Assembly: GCA_973895155.1 (NCBI GenBank)
Contig: OZ316897.1
Coordinates: forward strand, 7,182,470 to 7,246,469
Direction: 5' to 3'
DNA: 64,000 bases
Source: Marsupella aquatica
Taxonomy: Eukaryota; Plantae; Marchantiophyta
The notes under the pieces were generated by a model. That model saw only the letters and a program-made list of their open reading frames with translations, had not been told where the DNA came from and ran no database searches. The position numbers and the translations under genes were made by a program. The first letter of the stretch is position 1, and each line of letters starts with the position of its first letter. Positions 1 through 12,100 of the stretch are shown here, piece after piece.

Positions 1-1136
1 TATTTTAAAGGGTCTAAGCGAGTGTGACATTACTAGCTCCCGGCGCTAGTAATGTTAATTCATTTTTATAGCCCAATTTTCTAAAAAAATTCTCATAAAT
101 ATACTAGATATTTCTATACTAGATATTTCTATACTAGATATTTTCTATACTAGATTTTCTATACTAGATATTTTGGGGTCACTAGAGAGCGTCAAACTCT
201 AATCCTATTGTAGCCCAAAACTTTTCTCATTTTCTTAAGCACATCACCTTCTTATGAAAATAATTTAGAAGTAATTCTAAGAAATTTTATGAAAATAACA
301 ACAACCCACATATATAGAATCAACAACTTGAAAAATATAATGATGTTTGTGGTTTGAAAAGACAATTTAAACACTAGTCAAATTAATATTGTCCCAGATT
401 TTCTTGCGAAATAAAGATTCAAATCACACTTGATTTTATAATTTGATCCCATTTGTGTGTATATCCGTCACATGGGTTCATAAATTTTTGTTACCCATGT
501 GAAATTATATCCATACATTGATATTTATGTTCAAGAAATTACAAAAACATCCATGAGATTTCCTATATTGAAGGTTTGATTTAATTAGAAATTAGATTAA
601 AAAATCTTCCAAATGAAGATTTTTTGGCCAAGACTGTGCCCCTCACGTAAGCACTCTTTCAATAAACTTGATGATGATGTACACTTTAAGTCTCCTCCTT
701 AGAATTTAAAGAGGATCAGATTTGGCCAAATACAAGAAATACGCACTTGGATTATAGGAGAAGTATATTGCATTTTTGTAAGCGTTCAACAAACATATGA
801 ATTTGTTGTATATTAATTGTAAATCTTGTCACTATGTAAAGACTATGATGGTATTTTGGCTAGCATCGGGAGGGGGTGTTAATGATAACCCTTGCCAAAA
901 TGTTAAGTATCCACTGAAAAAATATAAATTACATATTTTCCAATAAACCATGCACATTTTGTTTGCCTAACATGTGATGTAATTTGCTAATTGTAACCCT
1001 TGCAACTAATATGAAAACGTACCATTGTATTTTGGCTAGCGCCCGACGCTAGTAAACTTATCCCATTATGACAACGTGAGCGCAAAAACTCCTGTTATCT
1101 TCCTTGATTTTTCTTGTTTACTGTTTCCTGTCACGG
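1..1136. mobile_element. Unclassified repeat element (partial), same family as 60865-64000, opposite orientation
   Basis: Minus strand from 1136 reads CCGTGACAGGAAACAG, identical to the plus strand at 60865. Both copies then share AACAGGAG(T/A)TTT and AAGTT(T)TACTAGCG..GCGCTA.CCAA, and both carry TAGCGC-N3-GCGCTA-type palindromes (34-48, 1037-1051). It abuts and truncates the CACTA transposase. Confidence 0.6.
99..174. repeat. Minisatellite, ~15-bp unit (TATACTAGATATTTC) x ~5
   Basis: Directly visible tandem array with 1-nt indels. Confidence 0.9.
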
Positions 1137-1149
1137 AGGTCAGGCCCAG

Positions 1150-4100
1150 TGCGCTCACTAGGGTCAAGAAGCCGTTCTCCCTTTGCACCTGTCAAACGGT
1201 CATCCTCATAGTCTGCTTCTCTTGATGCCTCATCTATCCACCCCCTTGGAGCATTTGAATCAAGTGTAGCAATAATGTTTGTACAATAAAACATGCTCTC
1301 TGCTCCAAGATGACGCTCTGCAATGCTACCTTCCACCCTTGCGCGATTTGAAACATAGGACTTCATCACTCCCATGTACCGCTCTACCCAGTACATCCAA
1401 CGACAATGTACAGGGCCTGCAATACCAACCTCACGCACTAGATGTAGTAGAAAATGAACCTGACCATCAAAAAATGAAGGAGGAAGGGCCCTTTCAAGTT
1501 TGCCCAACAACCTCCACTCCAAACACCTCCACTCCAAACACCTCCATTGCTGCAACCTCGTCCTCGTTCACCTCCTTTTGACACACCCATCTCAACAACT
1601 TACCCAACGACCAAAGGGCATCACAAAGATCCTCACTACCCAATCCAATAATAGCAATTGGAATAATATGTTGCAATAAGCGATGATAATCATGGGTCTT
1701 CAAGAAAGCTGGCCATTTTGGAGAGTCAAGTCCACCAAATGCCTTGCGAAGATTGGCACCATACCTTGTAGGAAATCGCATAGACCCTATGCGTTTGCGA
1801 AACTCGGTCCGCTCACCTCGTGTCAAAACCCAAGGAGGATGAATAGTAAGGGGGCATTATCGGGATCCATAGATGGCCAAAAACCATGAGGGCCATGCAT
1901 CCCCATCTCTTCACAACTCTCTCTCCAGTTGTTGTCTTTCTCTCCATATAGGTGGCGAATCAAGGACCTCCCAACATTTCCCTCAATGTGCATAGGGTCA
2001 AATAAATGGTTAAGTGGCATCTCAGCCCAATAAGGCAGTTGTGACAATGCAGACAAACAAGTCATGCCACACCGGGCATATTGCAATGGGTCATCTGGAT
2101 TAGATACTCTCTCCCATACCTCTTTCCAATATGCAGGATCTTTTGGAATAGGTTGTGGTCGTCTGTCTGGTTGGCCATCCTCAGTGTCATATAAAAAGGG
2201 GTCTCTCCTCCAATCATGGTCTGGAGGGAGGTACTTGGTGTGACCAATATACACTATCTTCCTCAAGGTCTTTGACTTTGGTCGCGCTATTCCTTCCAAA
2301 TCAGGTCCACAAGTTGGGCAAGCTCGATATCCTGATGTGGTCAGGCCAGAAATATATCCAAACCCTGCATATAAATATATATCCCATGCATAAGTAAATA
2401 AGTTTATTAAAAGATATATGTGCTTCTAGCTAACTCAATACATAACAAAGTATGCTAGGTACGGTTGCCTAGCTATGGGAAGGGATAATTTAACAAAGAT
2501 TCATACCTGGAAGATCATGTATGGTCCACATAAGAATGGCCTTCAACTTAAATTCTCGACGTAAGCCCCACGTTTGCACTCGACCATCATAGCAATCCAC
2601 ACCACTCCAAAGCTTTTGTAGCTCCTCAATCAATGGTTGCAAGTACACATCAATTTTTTTCACTTGCTTAGGACCAGGGATAATCATGGAAAGGAGCAAA
2701 TGACCCTTCTTCATGGACATCCATGGAGGGATGTTGTAATTAGTAAGGACCACTGGCCATAGTGAATATGGTTGGGCCTTACCTGCTAGTGCAAATGGGC
2801 TGATGCCATCCGCTGCCAATCCTAGGCAAACATGACGTGGGTCAGTTCGGAACTCACCCCATCTCTCCTCCACAAACTTGTTTGCAGGGGAGTCAACCAT
2901 CATGCGCATGGTGGGTGGTTGTGAACTCATATCTGAGCGATTTTGGGAATGCCAAACCATATACTCAGCCAACTCAGCACATCTATATTGGTGGCGCAAA
3001 CGAGGTATAAGAGGAAAGTACCTCATGACCTTTCGAGGAACTTTTCCCGTCAACATGTCCTCACGATACCTCGGCTTCTCACATGTAGGACATGACGTTG
3101 CATCTTTATAAGTGCCTCTAAACAGAACGCAATCATTCATGCAAGCATGTATGACTTCGTACTGCAGACCTATGGACTTCAACACCTTCTTTGCCTCTTT
3201 CCAAGAGTCTGGCAAGTTGTTTCCTTCTGGCAAGATACAATCATGCAATGTCCGAAAGAGATCATCAAGAAGTAGGTTGCTTGCTCCATGTCTTTGCTGC
3301 AAGTTCAACAACAACATTATTGCTGAAAGACGAGACAAGCGTGATCCATCAAATATCCGAGTTTGCGCATGTTGACGTGCTTCCTCCCACTGTTTGGAGG
3401 CTGAACTCCTTGAACCTTCTTGATGTGGAAGTGGGACCTCAATGTTCTCCCCATCAGCCATGTCATGATCACCATCCTCTATGTCATAGAATTGGTGCAT
3501 CAAGTCATCCATGGCCCTATCTTCATCAACTCTTGATTGGGAGGCATCTGGTTCCTGCTCTGGAACATCCGGATCGCCATCTGGTGGTAGAGAGGCATGT
3601 CGCCAATCTTCCATGGCCTGCACAAGGTGTTGGCGCATAGCTCGTGGTAACACCCCAACATCCGGCTCAACATATGCATTCTATCATACAACGCACAAAA
3701 CAGATATATACGTTTGAGTTAGCCCATGGGTTCCTAAAAAAACTACAATATTCTTATATTACTTCAAAAATGGGGAATACACATATGTGCTAAGTGTGGC
3801 CAGATTGAATGCCCATCGTGGGTGTGTTCCATTCATAGTCACAAAACAACTCATCACCCGCCCTAATGGTCCGTATGGCTATTGTCATAACATGATCATC
3901 CATATGTGTGACATAGTAAGGCGGAGTGGGTGGGCCAAAAATCTGAGCCCACTCTACATTAGGCTGGAGTCCACTCCCTCTACCATGTGTACTATTGATG
4001 TACCCAGCTATGTTATCTGAACGCACAGGGTCCCCATCCATCATCCTACAATGCCAAGGCCTCCTTAGGACCTCATCTGGGTCTGAGTCCATCTGCAATG

Positions 4101-5093
4101 CATATACCCCCCAAGCTGGATGTTGGCGCAAGAGGATGTTCCAACTCTTGGATGTATACACAGGCCCAATGTAAGGGAAAAGGTGTTCCCCATCATAGCC
4201 ACGACGCCAAGGCTTTGGAGGGACCTCAATGTCCTCCAAAGCAAATAAGCCTAACCCAACCTCCCCGCCAAGGGTCGATGCCTTCACTATCCATTGCCGA
4301 CCCCATATATGTACAGGGATGTCAATGGCTAGGCCACGAGGAATCGCAAAACTCTCAGGGTCAAAATCCTTGAAGACACTGATTGCCTTTCCCGTCACAT
4401 ATGACAAGCCCAACCTCCCTTCAACTTCTATGTACTCCTCCCCTGGTGGAGGCATAACACTCCTTCTAAAGTGCTCATGGGATGGGTCTGTGTCTAGAAC
4501 TACATGCTGTTGTCGACGTCTATGAGAACGTGGTCTTGTGCGTAGAACCCTAGTAGGGGGCGGTGCATCATCCCTACCATGCCCCAACTCTACCACTATG
4601 GGTTCATGAACAACATCTGCCTGAACATGTGCGGGGGTACATGATTGCTCGGGGTCTTCAACTGATGATGCAAGCAACTGTCTAGCACCAGCTAGGAATG
4701 CATCATGCCATAGTTGACTAGAGACCAATGGAGGACGGGCCCTACAATGCACCTATTCAATCATAAACAAACAAAAATTAATACTTGTCTCCTAAAAGGT
4801 CTCAAACCAGCCAACTATTATGATAGTGTATCATATATAGCGGAGTTCATGTCAAGCAATACCTGGCGAGCTGAATATCCCGGTAAATCACCCTCATGTC
4901 GACCATAGTTTTTGATGTGTTCAATGGACTGCCACTCTTGACGAACCACCAGTCCTTTACATCTAAGACACCAACATGGAATAGGGCCTAATGGAGGGGG
5001 TGCTCGAGGCTGTTGAGGGGGAGGAGGAATGTCCCCCTCAGAGGAAGACAAGTCAGAGTTGGAATCTGTATCCAAACTCTCAGAAGTCGACAT
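1150..5093 (-). pseudogene. CACTA Tnp2/TnpD-type transposase; exons 5093-4863, 3680-2507, 2364-~1150
   Basis: Motifs CWCxxC..H (exon 1), IHACMNDCVLF..CPTC..RY, LAADGISPF, SLWPVVLTNYNIPPW, IDVYLQPLIEEL, WTIHDLPG, DPMHIEGNV, GPVHCRWMYWVERYM. GT-AG introns with matching phase. Frameshifts near 1850 and 1505, a 15-bp duplication (EVFGV x2), and 3' truncation. Confidence 0.92.
3790..5093 (-). CDS. SET-domain protein encoded by the CACTA element; exons 5093-4863 and 4752-3790 (~397 aa, open)
   Basis: SET motifs GLGLFALEDI, PYIGPVY, IAGYINS..PNV, IAIRTIRAGDELFCDY. Exon 1 is 231 nt ending CAG|GTATTG (phase 0); acceptor TTGAATAG| sits exactly at ORF start 4752; no stops. Confidence 0.85.
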
Positions 5094-6158
5094 TGTCTGC
5101 CAATTACACACAAACAAGTCTTTACCAAAATGCAAGATTGATTCATCACCCTAACTTGAGGTAAACCCAAACAGGAAATATATAGTATGTTAATAATTTG
5201 CAGTGTTGGACTTAATTAGTACCTGAATGATATCCGCGCTCTACAGTGCCTACTAGGCTCTAAGCCTTAGACTATATGCTAAGGCCAATCCAAAAAAACC
5301 TGCACATACAGGCTAGGTGGGGAAGTTGAAAGATGAGATGACATACATGCAAACCTAAGTAACAAACCAATAATTAATGAAATTAATAAAAATCAATGAC
5401 GAGTTGGATGTCCAATTATAAACTCCCACAAGTAACGCATATATCATGTCAAATATTTCCAATACATTTTGGAGGATCATATATGTCATACCTTTTGGAT
5501 GCGCGTACTCTCGCTGTGCATAATGCATTGGCAAAAATAAACCCTACTAAGAAAACCAAGGAAAAGCAACCACCCGACCCTCCAAAAACAAAAAATACAA
5601 AACTGCACAAAACGGCACTAGAGTGTTAATTTAATTTGTGACTTCTTATAGTCCCCAAAAGTTGCACCATGCATATAGCATTGCCTCATGGTCAAAATGG
5701 GAATCATTTAAAATCAAACTGAAAATAGATCTGGGTACATACATTCAATGATCATCCATACCCACCAAAAAATAGTGTGCTAGCTTTGTCACGGCAACTG
5801 TACATTGATATGCCCATTTTGCGCCGCACACCTAATAAGCCCACAATATAGCATAATTAACCCCCAACTAACATAAAGGGGGTCATTATAGTATACATGG
5901 GATCCAAATGCCAAAGTCCAAATGCCAAGGTCATGCGATTCACAAACCATCAGAAAATACATTGGGAGGGTTAAGTCCGATACTTTGGAGGAGGGGTCCG
6001 ATACTAAGTCCGATTGACCTAGAATCGGAGTTTCCGATGCAGAAAGTATCGGACGTTATGCATTTTGGGTTTTTAGGTCACCCGACTAAAGTGCGAAGGC
6101 ACTCTAGTCGGGAAAAGCATCGAGAGCATTTCACGATACCTTTGCAGAGCTCGTAGCG

Positions 6159-9030
6159 ATGGAAGGGAATGCGGGAGGGATGGGAGATGGTGCCGGGCCA
6201 TCAAGCAGCTATGGTGAAGTCATGGCTCAATTGTTTAGGGAGAAGGTGGGGCTCTCGCTGGAGGTTGCATTGCAGGTAGCTCAGCTCACTCAAGGACTGA
6301 TCGACAGCTCCCAGAAGGTAGCCATCACTGATGCAGAAAAAGCTTTCCAAGCCAGACTCGAGGAGGAGAGATTGCAGAGGAAGAGGAAACGTAACACTAG
6401 GGAGGACGAGAGAGAGAGGCCAGTGGAAGCCCTATCACCAAGACAAAAGGAGAAGAGCCTAAGGAGGGAGGCTCGGGCTGCAGAACGACAGAGAATTCAG
6501 GAGGAACAAAAGAAGGTAGAGGATAGGGCCAAGAGGCCAAAATTGTTTCTGAATGAGGGAGGTGCTCCACTCTCCAGGAGTTATCATTTGTTTGGGAGTC
6601 AAGTTAGGCAGATTGTGAGGTCTCATTTTGGCCCGATGGACTACTGGGGGAAGAAGAAGCAGGATGAGAGATTTTGAATTCGAGAGCAAATCAAAGAGAG
6701 ATTTTCGAATGGGTCGTTTGTGGACGATCAATTCTTAAACAAAAAGATCTCAGTCTCACTTGCAGACATGCGAAATCATGTACAAGAGAAGTTTACCTGG
6801 CTGAATGCAAACTGGATGAGGAGGTGATCAGGAAAGGGGGAAGCCCAGCTGGTGAGATTCCTGAGAATGCTTGGTGTGCCTGGCTTGAAGAAGAGTTGCA
6901 GGTTCAAGCTTGGCAAGCCACACAACGCTGGGAAGCTGAAATTCAAGCAGCTCAGAAGAAGATTGAACAAGGAGAGATGGTGAATACTGCACCCATGCAT
7001 CAAGAACTTGAAGAATGGTCAGCAAAATCAGCCCTGCTTGGAGACCCACCATCCTGGCTAATGAAAGCTCTGCTGAGAGTAACAAAGAGGCCAAAGGTTA
7101 CTCACAGAATGGGGCAAGGCGGATCACAGCGTCTCAAGACCGATTTTGTAAGTGCTCCATTCCCCTCCTCTCTATGCATTCCTTCAGCAGCATTCCTCCT
7201 CCCTAATCACCTGAGGCCAATTGACGAATGCCTAACCCTTCCAAACCCGGGACAGGTCTTTGTATGCCCGTAGGTCGCTCGATCATGCCTTAGTTTTTTT
7301 TTGCTTTCGGCATGTAAGGTCCGATTCTAGTCCGATCCTTTAAGTATCGGATGCAAAATCAGACAATAAAAAAGAATCGGAACTGTCGAGGGTACCGATT
7401 CTATTAGTATCGGACATATTCAAATTTTTGAATAGTTTGTGCATGAACGGCTAAGTGTTCTTATGGGTCTTTGACGGTGAAGGGTTTATATAGGTGTTTA
7501 ATTAGGCCAGGGTAGGGTTGCTATAATTGACCTTAGTATTGGGGGTGGCATATGGTTTGGGTGTGTAGGAGAAAGAGCATGGACAACCATTGTTGCCGGC
7601 AGAGAGAGAGTTGGCAAAGGAGCATGGTGCTCGGGCGCTGAAGATTCACATGGACGACATGTTGGCCCCGGTAAGTGCGGATATTAGAATGATTTGAAAG
7701 ATGGCTTTATGCTGGTACGTATGTTGCGGAATGACATATGGATTGGAGATTGTTACTATGTGCAGGATGAGTCAGGGGGTGAGGAGGACTTGGAGAGTGA
7801 GGAGGATGGTGAGGGGGAGGAGGATGAGGAGGATGCGGAGGATGATAGTGCTTCAGAGGGGAGTGTGGCCGAGGCTCTAGTACAAGGTTCTACTGGTGCA
7901 CGTGGCCGGTCAGGACCCCGAGAGAGTGGACGTCACCAGTCTGGTCGGGGTGTAGGTGGCTCCACTCGCCGGATGGAGCGTAGAGCAGGTGATATGCCTC
8001 CTTCTCGTCAGAGATTAGCCGGTAGGAGTGGATGGAGTGAGTCCCGGGTTCCAGCCACAGTAGGTCACAACCGAGGGGTTCGTAGTGAGTCTGGAGTTCT
8101 AGCCACAACAGGTGGTCGAGTGAGGACTGGCCCTGGTGTTGTACCAGGTGGGTCTCGACAACGGGCTGGTGTTCATACTGGTCGTGTCGTTGGCCAGTCA
8201 GGAGGTTCCGGCCGTAGTGGTGGAGGTGAGTCTCGCCCTGAGGGGGGTAGTGGTGGAGTTGTTGCACCTCGTCAGTTTAGGGCTGGCCCTGGTAGTGTAC
8301 CAGCTGGTTCACGACAGTCCGGGGGAGGCCTTGGTGGTCATGTGCCCACACCATCTCCTGTTCATAGTGGTGGTGTAGGCATCCAGTCTGGAGGTTCTGG
8401 CCATAGTGGTGGAGGTGAGTCTCGTCCTGAGGGGGGTAGTGGTGGAGTTGTTGCACCTCGTCAGTTTAGGGCTGGCCCTGGTAGTGTACCAGCTGGTTCG
8501 CGACAGTCCGGGGGAGGCCTTGGTGGTCATGTGCCGACACCATCTCCTGTTCATAGTGGTGGTGTAGGCATCCAGTCTGGAGGTTCCGGCCATAGTGGTG
8601 GAGGTGAGTCTCGCCCTGAGGGGGGTAGTGGTGGAGTTGCTGCACCTCGTCAGTTTAGGGCTGGCCCTGGTAGTGTACCAGCTGGTTCGCGACAGTCCGG
8701 GGGAGGCCTTGGTGGTCATGTGCCGACACCATCTCCTGTTCATAGTGGTGGTGTAGGCATCCAGTCTGGAGGTTCCGGCCATAGTGGTGGAGGTGAGTCT
8801 CGCCCTGAGGGGGGTAGTGGTGGAGTTGCTGCACCTCGTCAGTTTAGGGCTAGCCCTGGTAGTGTACCAGCTGGTTTGCGACAGTCGGGGGGGCCTTGGT
8901 GGTCATGTGCCCACACCATATCCTATTCATAGTGGTGGTGTAGGCACCCAGTCGGGAGGTTCCCGTCATAGTGGTGGAGGTGAGACTCGGCCTGAGGGGG
9001 GTAGTGGTGGTGGTGCTGGAGGGGCCTCTT
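6159..9030 (+). pseudogene. CACTA second gene, TnpA/Ptta(En/Spm)-like; exons 6159-7147, 7569-7670, 7766-~9030
   Basis: Spliced motif HRMGQGGSQRLKTDF|EKEHGQPLLPAERE resembles the Ptta/En/Spm family; GTAAGT donors at 7148 and 7671 with phase-0 acceptors. Stop at 6675, frameshifts near 6790 and 8890. Homologous to 19351-18422. Confidence 0.7.
8195..9015 (+). repeat. Coding tandem repeat, 189-bp (63-aa, Gly/Ser-rich) unit x ~4.3
   Basis: Anchor GAGGTGAG recurs at 8223, 8412, 8601, 8790 and 8977 (last unit 2 nt short). Confidence 0.97.
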
Positions 9031-9109
9031 TCCACACTTGTGTTTTCGGCATCAGTGAGACTGGAGCACGAGACCTATCCAACAGACCTGCATCTCTGTG
9101 GTCAGGGTT

Positions 9110-12100
9110 AAGGAACAATCCAGGAGAGATGTATCCTCGGATTATTCAGAACCCGTCAGTACCTCCTAGGCCGAATGTGCAAAGATTTGCGGCGTGCTAT
9201 AATTGTGGTCAACCTGGCCATTTTGCTAGAGAATGCCCGAATGCACGCAAACAGGGTGATGGACAACCAGCTCAGCTATGTATGGGATGCCGACAGGAAG
9301 GTCATATGCTAGGGCAATGTCCTACTTGGTTGGCAGGCCTGGCCGCAAATCATAAGCTTTTGCCGATCAAGATCTTACCGCCAGGTACTACCCCCGGAGG
9401 AGTTCAAATCAACCACATCGAACTAGGATGGCAAGAGGATGCCGAGGCAGAGTTCGTACCATCTGATGATGAGGCCGAAGCCCTATCAACCTTCTCAGAG
9501 GAGGATTTAGATCATGATTGCTACCGGGTCTCTACTCGATCTACCAGAAGGAAGGAAAGGTGGGATGGGCTGGCCAAAAATAAAGGGAAGGTTACGGAGG
9601 AAAGGATCGACTCTTCGTCAACATCAACAGAAGGAGAAGGGAGGGCTCCGGCAATACAGGTAAGCCATGAGCCCACCAGTGAAACCAATCCTTCACAAGA
9701 TAGCGACTTCAATCGAGATCATCCTAAGTTGTTCTACCCCTCTGTTACGGCTAGTGTTAAGGAACAACTAAGAGAATTAGAAACCCTGGAGAATACCGAA
9801 GCCATTGCCAAGGATGTAAAACGAGCAAAAGCATTGTTTGCTTCGGAAGACCCAACAGCTGTGGAGACTAGCGTGGCAAAACTGGCCGAATCCAAGACGG
9901 AAACACCACCAGAAGAGAAGCCGATTGTTCCCTATGACCTGGCTAAAGATGTACTAGAATCTAGAGTCTCGGCAACAGTAGGTCAACTATTGAAAAATAG
10001 CCCGTACTTCCGGAAGCAATTAAGGAAGGCTATTCTCGGCAAGCCGAGATTACCCAAGGTAGCAACCAGATCCGACGTACTAATGATAGAAGAAGATCAA
10101 GGAGCCCCAACATTACCATTAATGATTCAAGGAGAATTATTACTACGGGTACCCATCGATGGAGGATCAGGGGTATGTATTATGATTGATTCAACAGCAA
10201 AAGGGTGGGGTCTAACACCGGAGATGACTGGAAGAGTGTTGAACATGGCCAATGGATATCAGGTCATTCCGACGGGAGTGTTAACCGGCATCAAGACAAA
10301 GATAGGAGGTATCTTCTTTAGCATTAACTATGTAGTAATGAAGCCGGTAAATCCTACGTCATTCCGGCTATTGATTGGTAGGCCATGGCTGTACCTAGCC
10401 GAGGTAATAGAAGATTGGGGTAAAAAGCAGTTCACTTTCGGGACCCCCTCTATCACGGTATCCTGGGACACTAAGGATGACCGTAGGAAAAGCATAAGGG
10501 AAGTAGATGGGTACGATAGTGGACTGGAGTCAGCCGATGAAGTACGTTGGTTAGAATGCTTCACTAACCTAACCGAAGAAGGTGTCTTTGGACCAGAGGT
10601 ACCCCCCAGCGGATTATGGCAAGAACCAATGGAAGGTGACTTGGAAGAAGATGGACAGACACGATCCAGAGCCAAGGCAGGAAGGGGAGCCGACCACTAA
10701 TTCAAAACCGAATAGACCGGTAAGGGGACAATCTATGGACACCAAGGAAGGGACCGACTCGGCTAGTCCAGCCGAGATCCCAGTTTATGGAGGTATGAGA
10801 TTAGAGAGACTGGAAGCCGAACTGGACCCGAATTTGAAGAAGCAGATTAATATGATCCAAGCACGGCAATATCGGAAGCTCGACTTAGGAGAGGGAAGAG
10901 AACTGAACTTAGGGAGAAACCTAGCACCTGAGCTCGAGAAAGAGATCAGTGACTTATTGATTGAATTTCAGGATGTGTTTGCATGGAGTCACCAAGATCT
11001 AAAGGGCGTAGATCCAACACTAGGGGAACATCGAATTGATCTCATGTTAGGAGCCAAATCATTTCGACAACCAATTCGAAGGATGAACCCGAAGTATTCC
11101 CTGCTGGTCAAAACAGAAATCGACAAACTAGTGGAAGCTGGATTCATCACTCCAGTCCTGCATTCAGACTGGGTGTCTCCAATTGTGATAGTTCCCAAGA
11201 AAGCTGGACCCGATGGTAAACCCAAGATCCGGGTTTGTCAGGATTACAGGAAGCTGAATGAAGCAACATTAAAAGACCATTTTCCTTTACCGTTTACTGA
11301 TATGGTACTAGACATGGTAGCCAGTCATGAACTATATTCATTCATGGATGGATACTCTGGTTATAACCAAATCAGGATTCGGCAGGAAGACCAAATCAAG
11401 ACGGCCTTCATCACGGAATGGGGGATCTATGTCTTCAATCGTATGCCGTTTGGACTCTGCAACGCACCAGCTATGTTCCAACGATTAATGGTGAACATTT
11501 TTCATGATTACTTGAGAAAGTTCATGGAAATCTTCATTGATGACTTTGCAGTATTCGGGAAGGCATCGAAACATGCTAAATACCTCAGGAAAACCTTCAT
11601 GAGATGTAGGGAGGTGGGTCTCAAGTTACACCCAGATAAATGTTTTTTTGCAGTAACCGAGGGGGTGCTACTAGGTCACAAGGTATCAAGGAAGGGCATT
11701 GAGATTGACAAAGGTAAGCTAGCAGTATGGCTAGATATCATGCAACCTAAGAACATAAAGGATGTAAGATCCTTCTTGGGATGCATTGGTTACTATCGCC
11801 GGTTCATCAAGGATTTTGCCAAGCTAGCTTTACCATTAACCAATATGCTCAAGGCAGGAGCAGACTTTGAACCCACACCCGAACGAGTCACAGCGGTGGT
11901 AGAATTGAAGCAGATGTTAGTAGAGGCCCCAGTCATGATAGCACCGGACTGGAACAAAGATTTTCATGTTTTTGTAGATGTCTCGGGCTTCTGTATTGGC
12001 TCAGTACTAAGTCAGTTGGATGAGAAAGGAAGGGACCATCCCATATACTTCGCAAGCCGTCAGCTTGCCGATGCCGAACGGAACTACTCTACCACGGAAA

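Larger units (their letters stand above)
1150..9030 (-). mobile_element. CACTA/EnSpm DNA transposon, copy 1 (truncated at both ends)
   Basis: Tnp2-type transposase on minus, SET exon, divergent TnpA/Ptta-like gene on plus; collinear with copy 2 (18422-30144), which keeps a CACTA terminus. Confidence 0.9.

Noticed and set aside
7694-8932. Stand-alone glycine-rich cell-wall or collagen-like gene
   Set aside because: It begins at a splice acceptor (7766) in phase with the TnpA-like exons; no signal peptide.
9040-9058. CATCAGTG as a CACTG terminus of copy 1
   Set aside because: Does not match the CACTAGTACATTTT TIR of copy 2 and lacks subterminal TCCGAT repeats.
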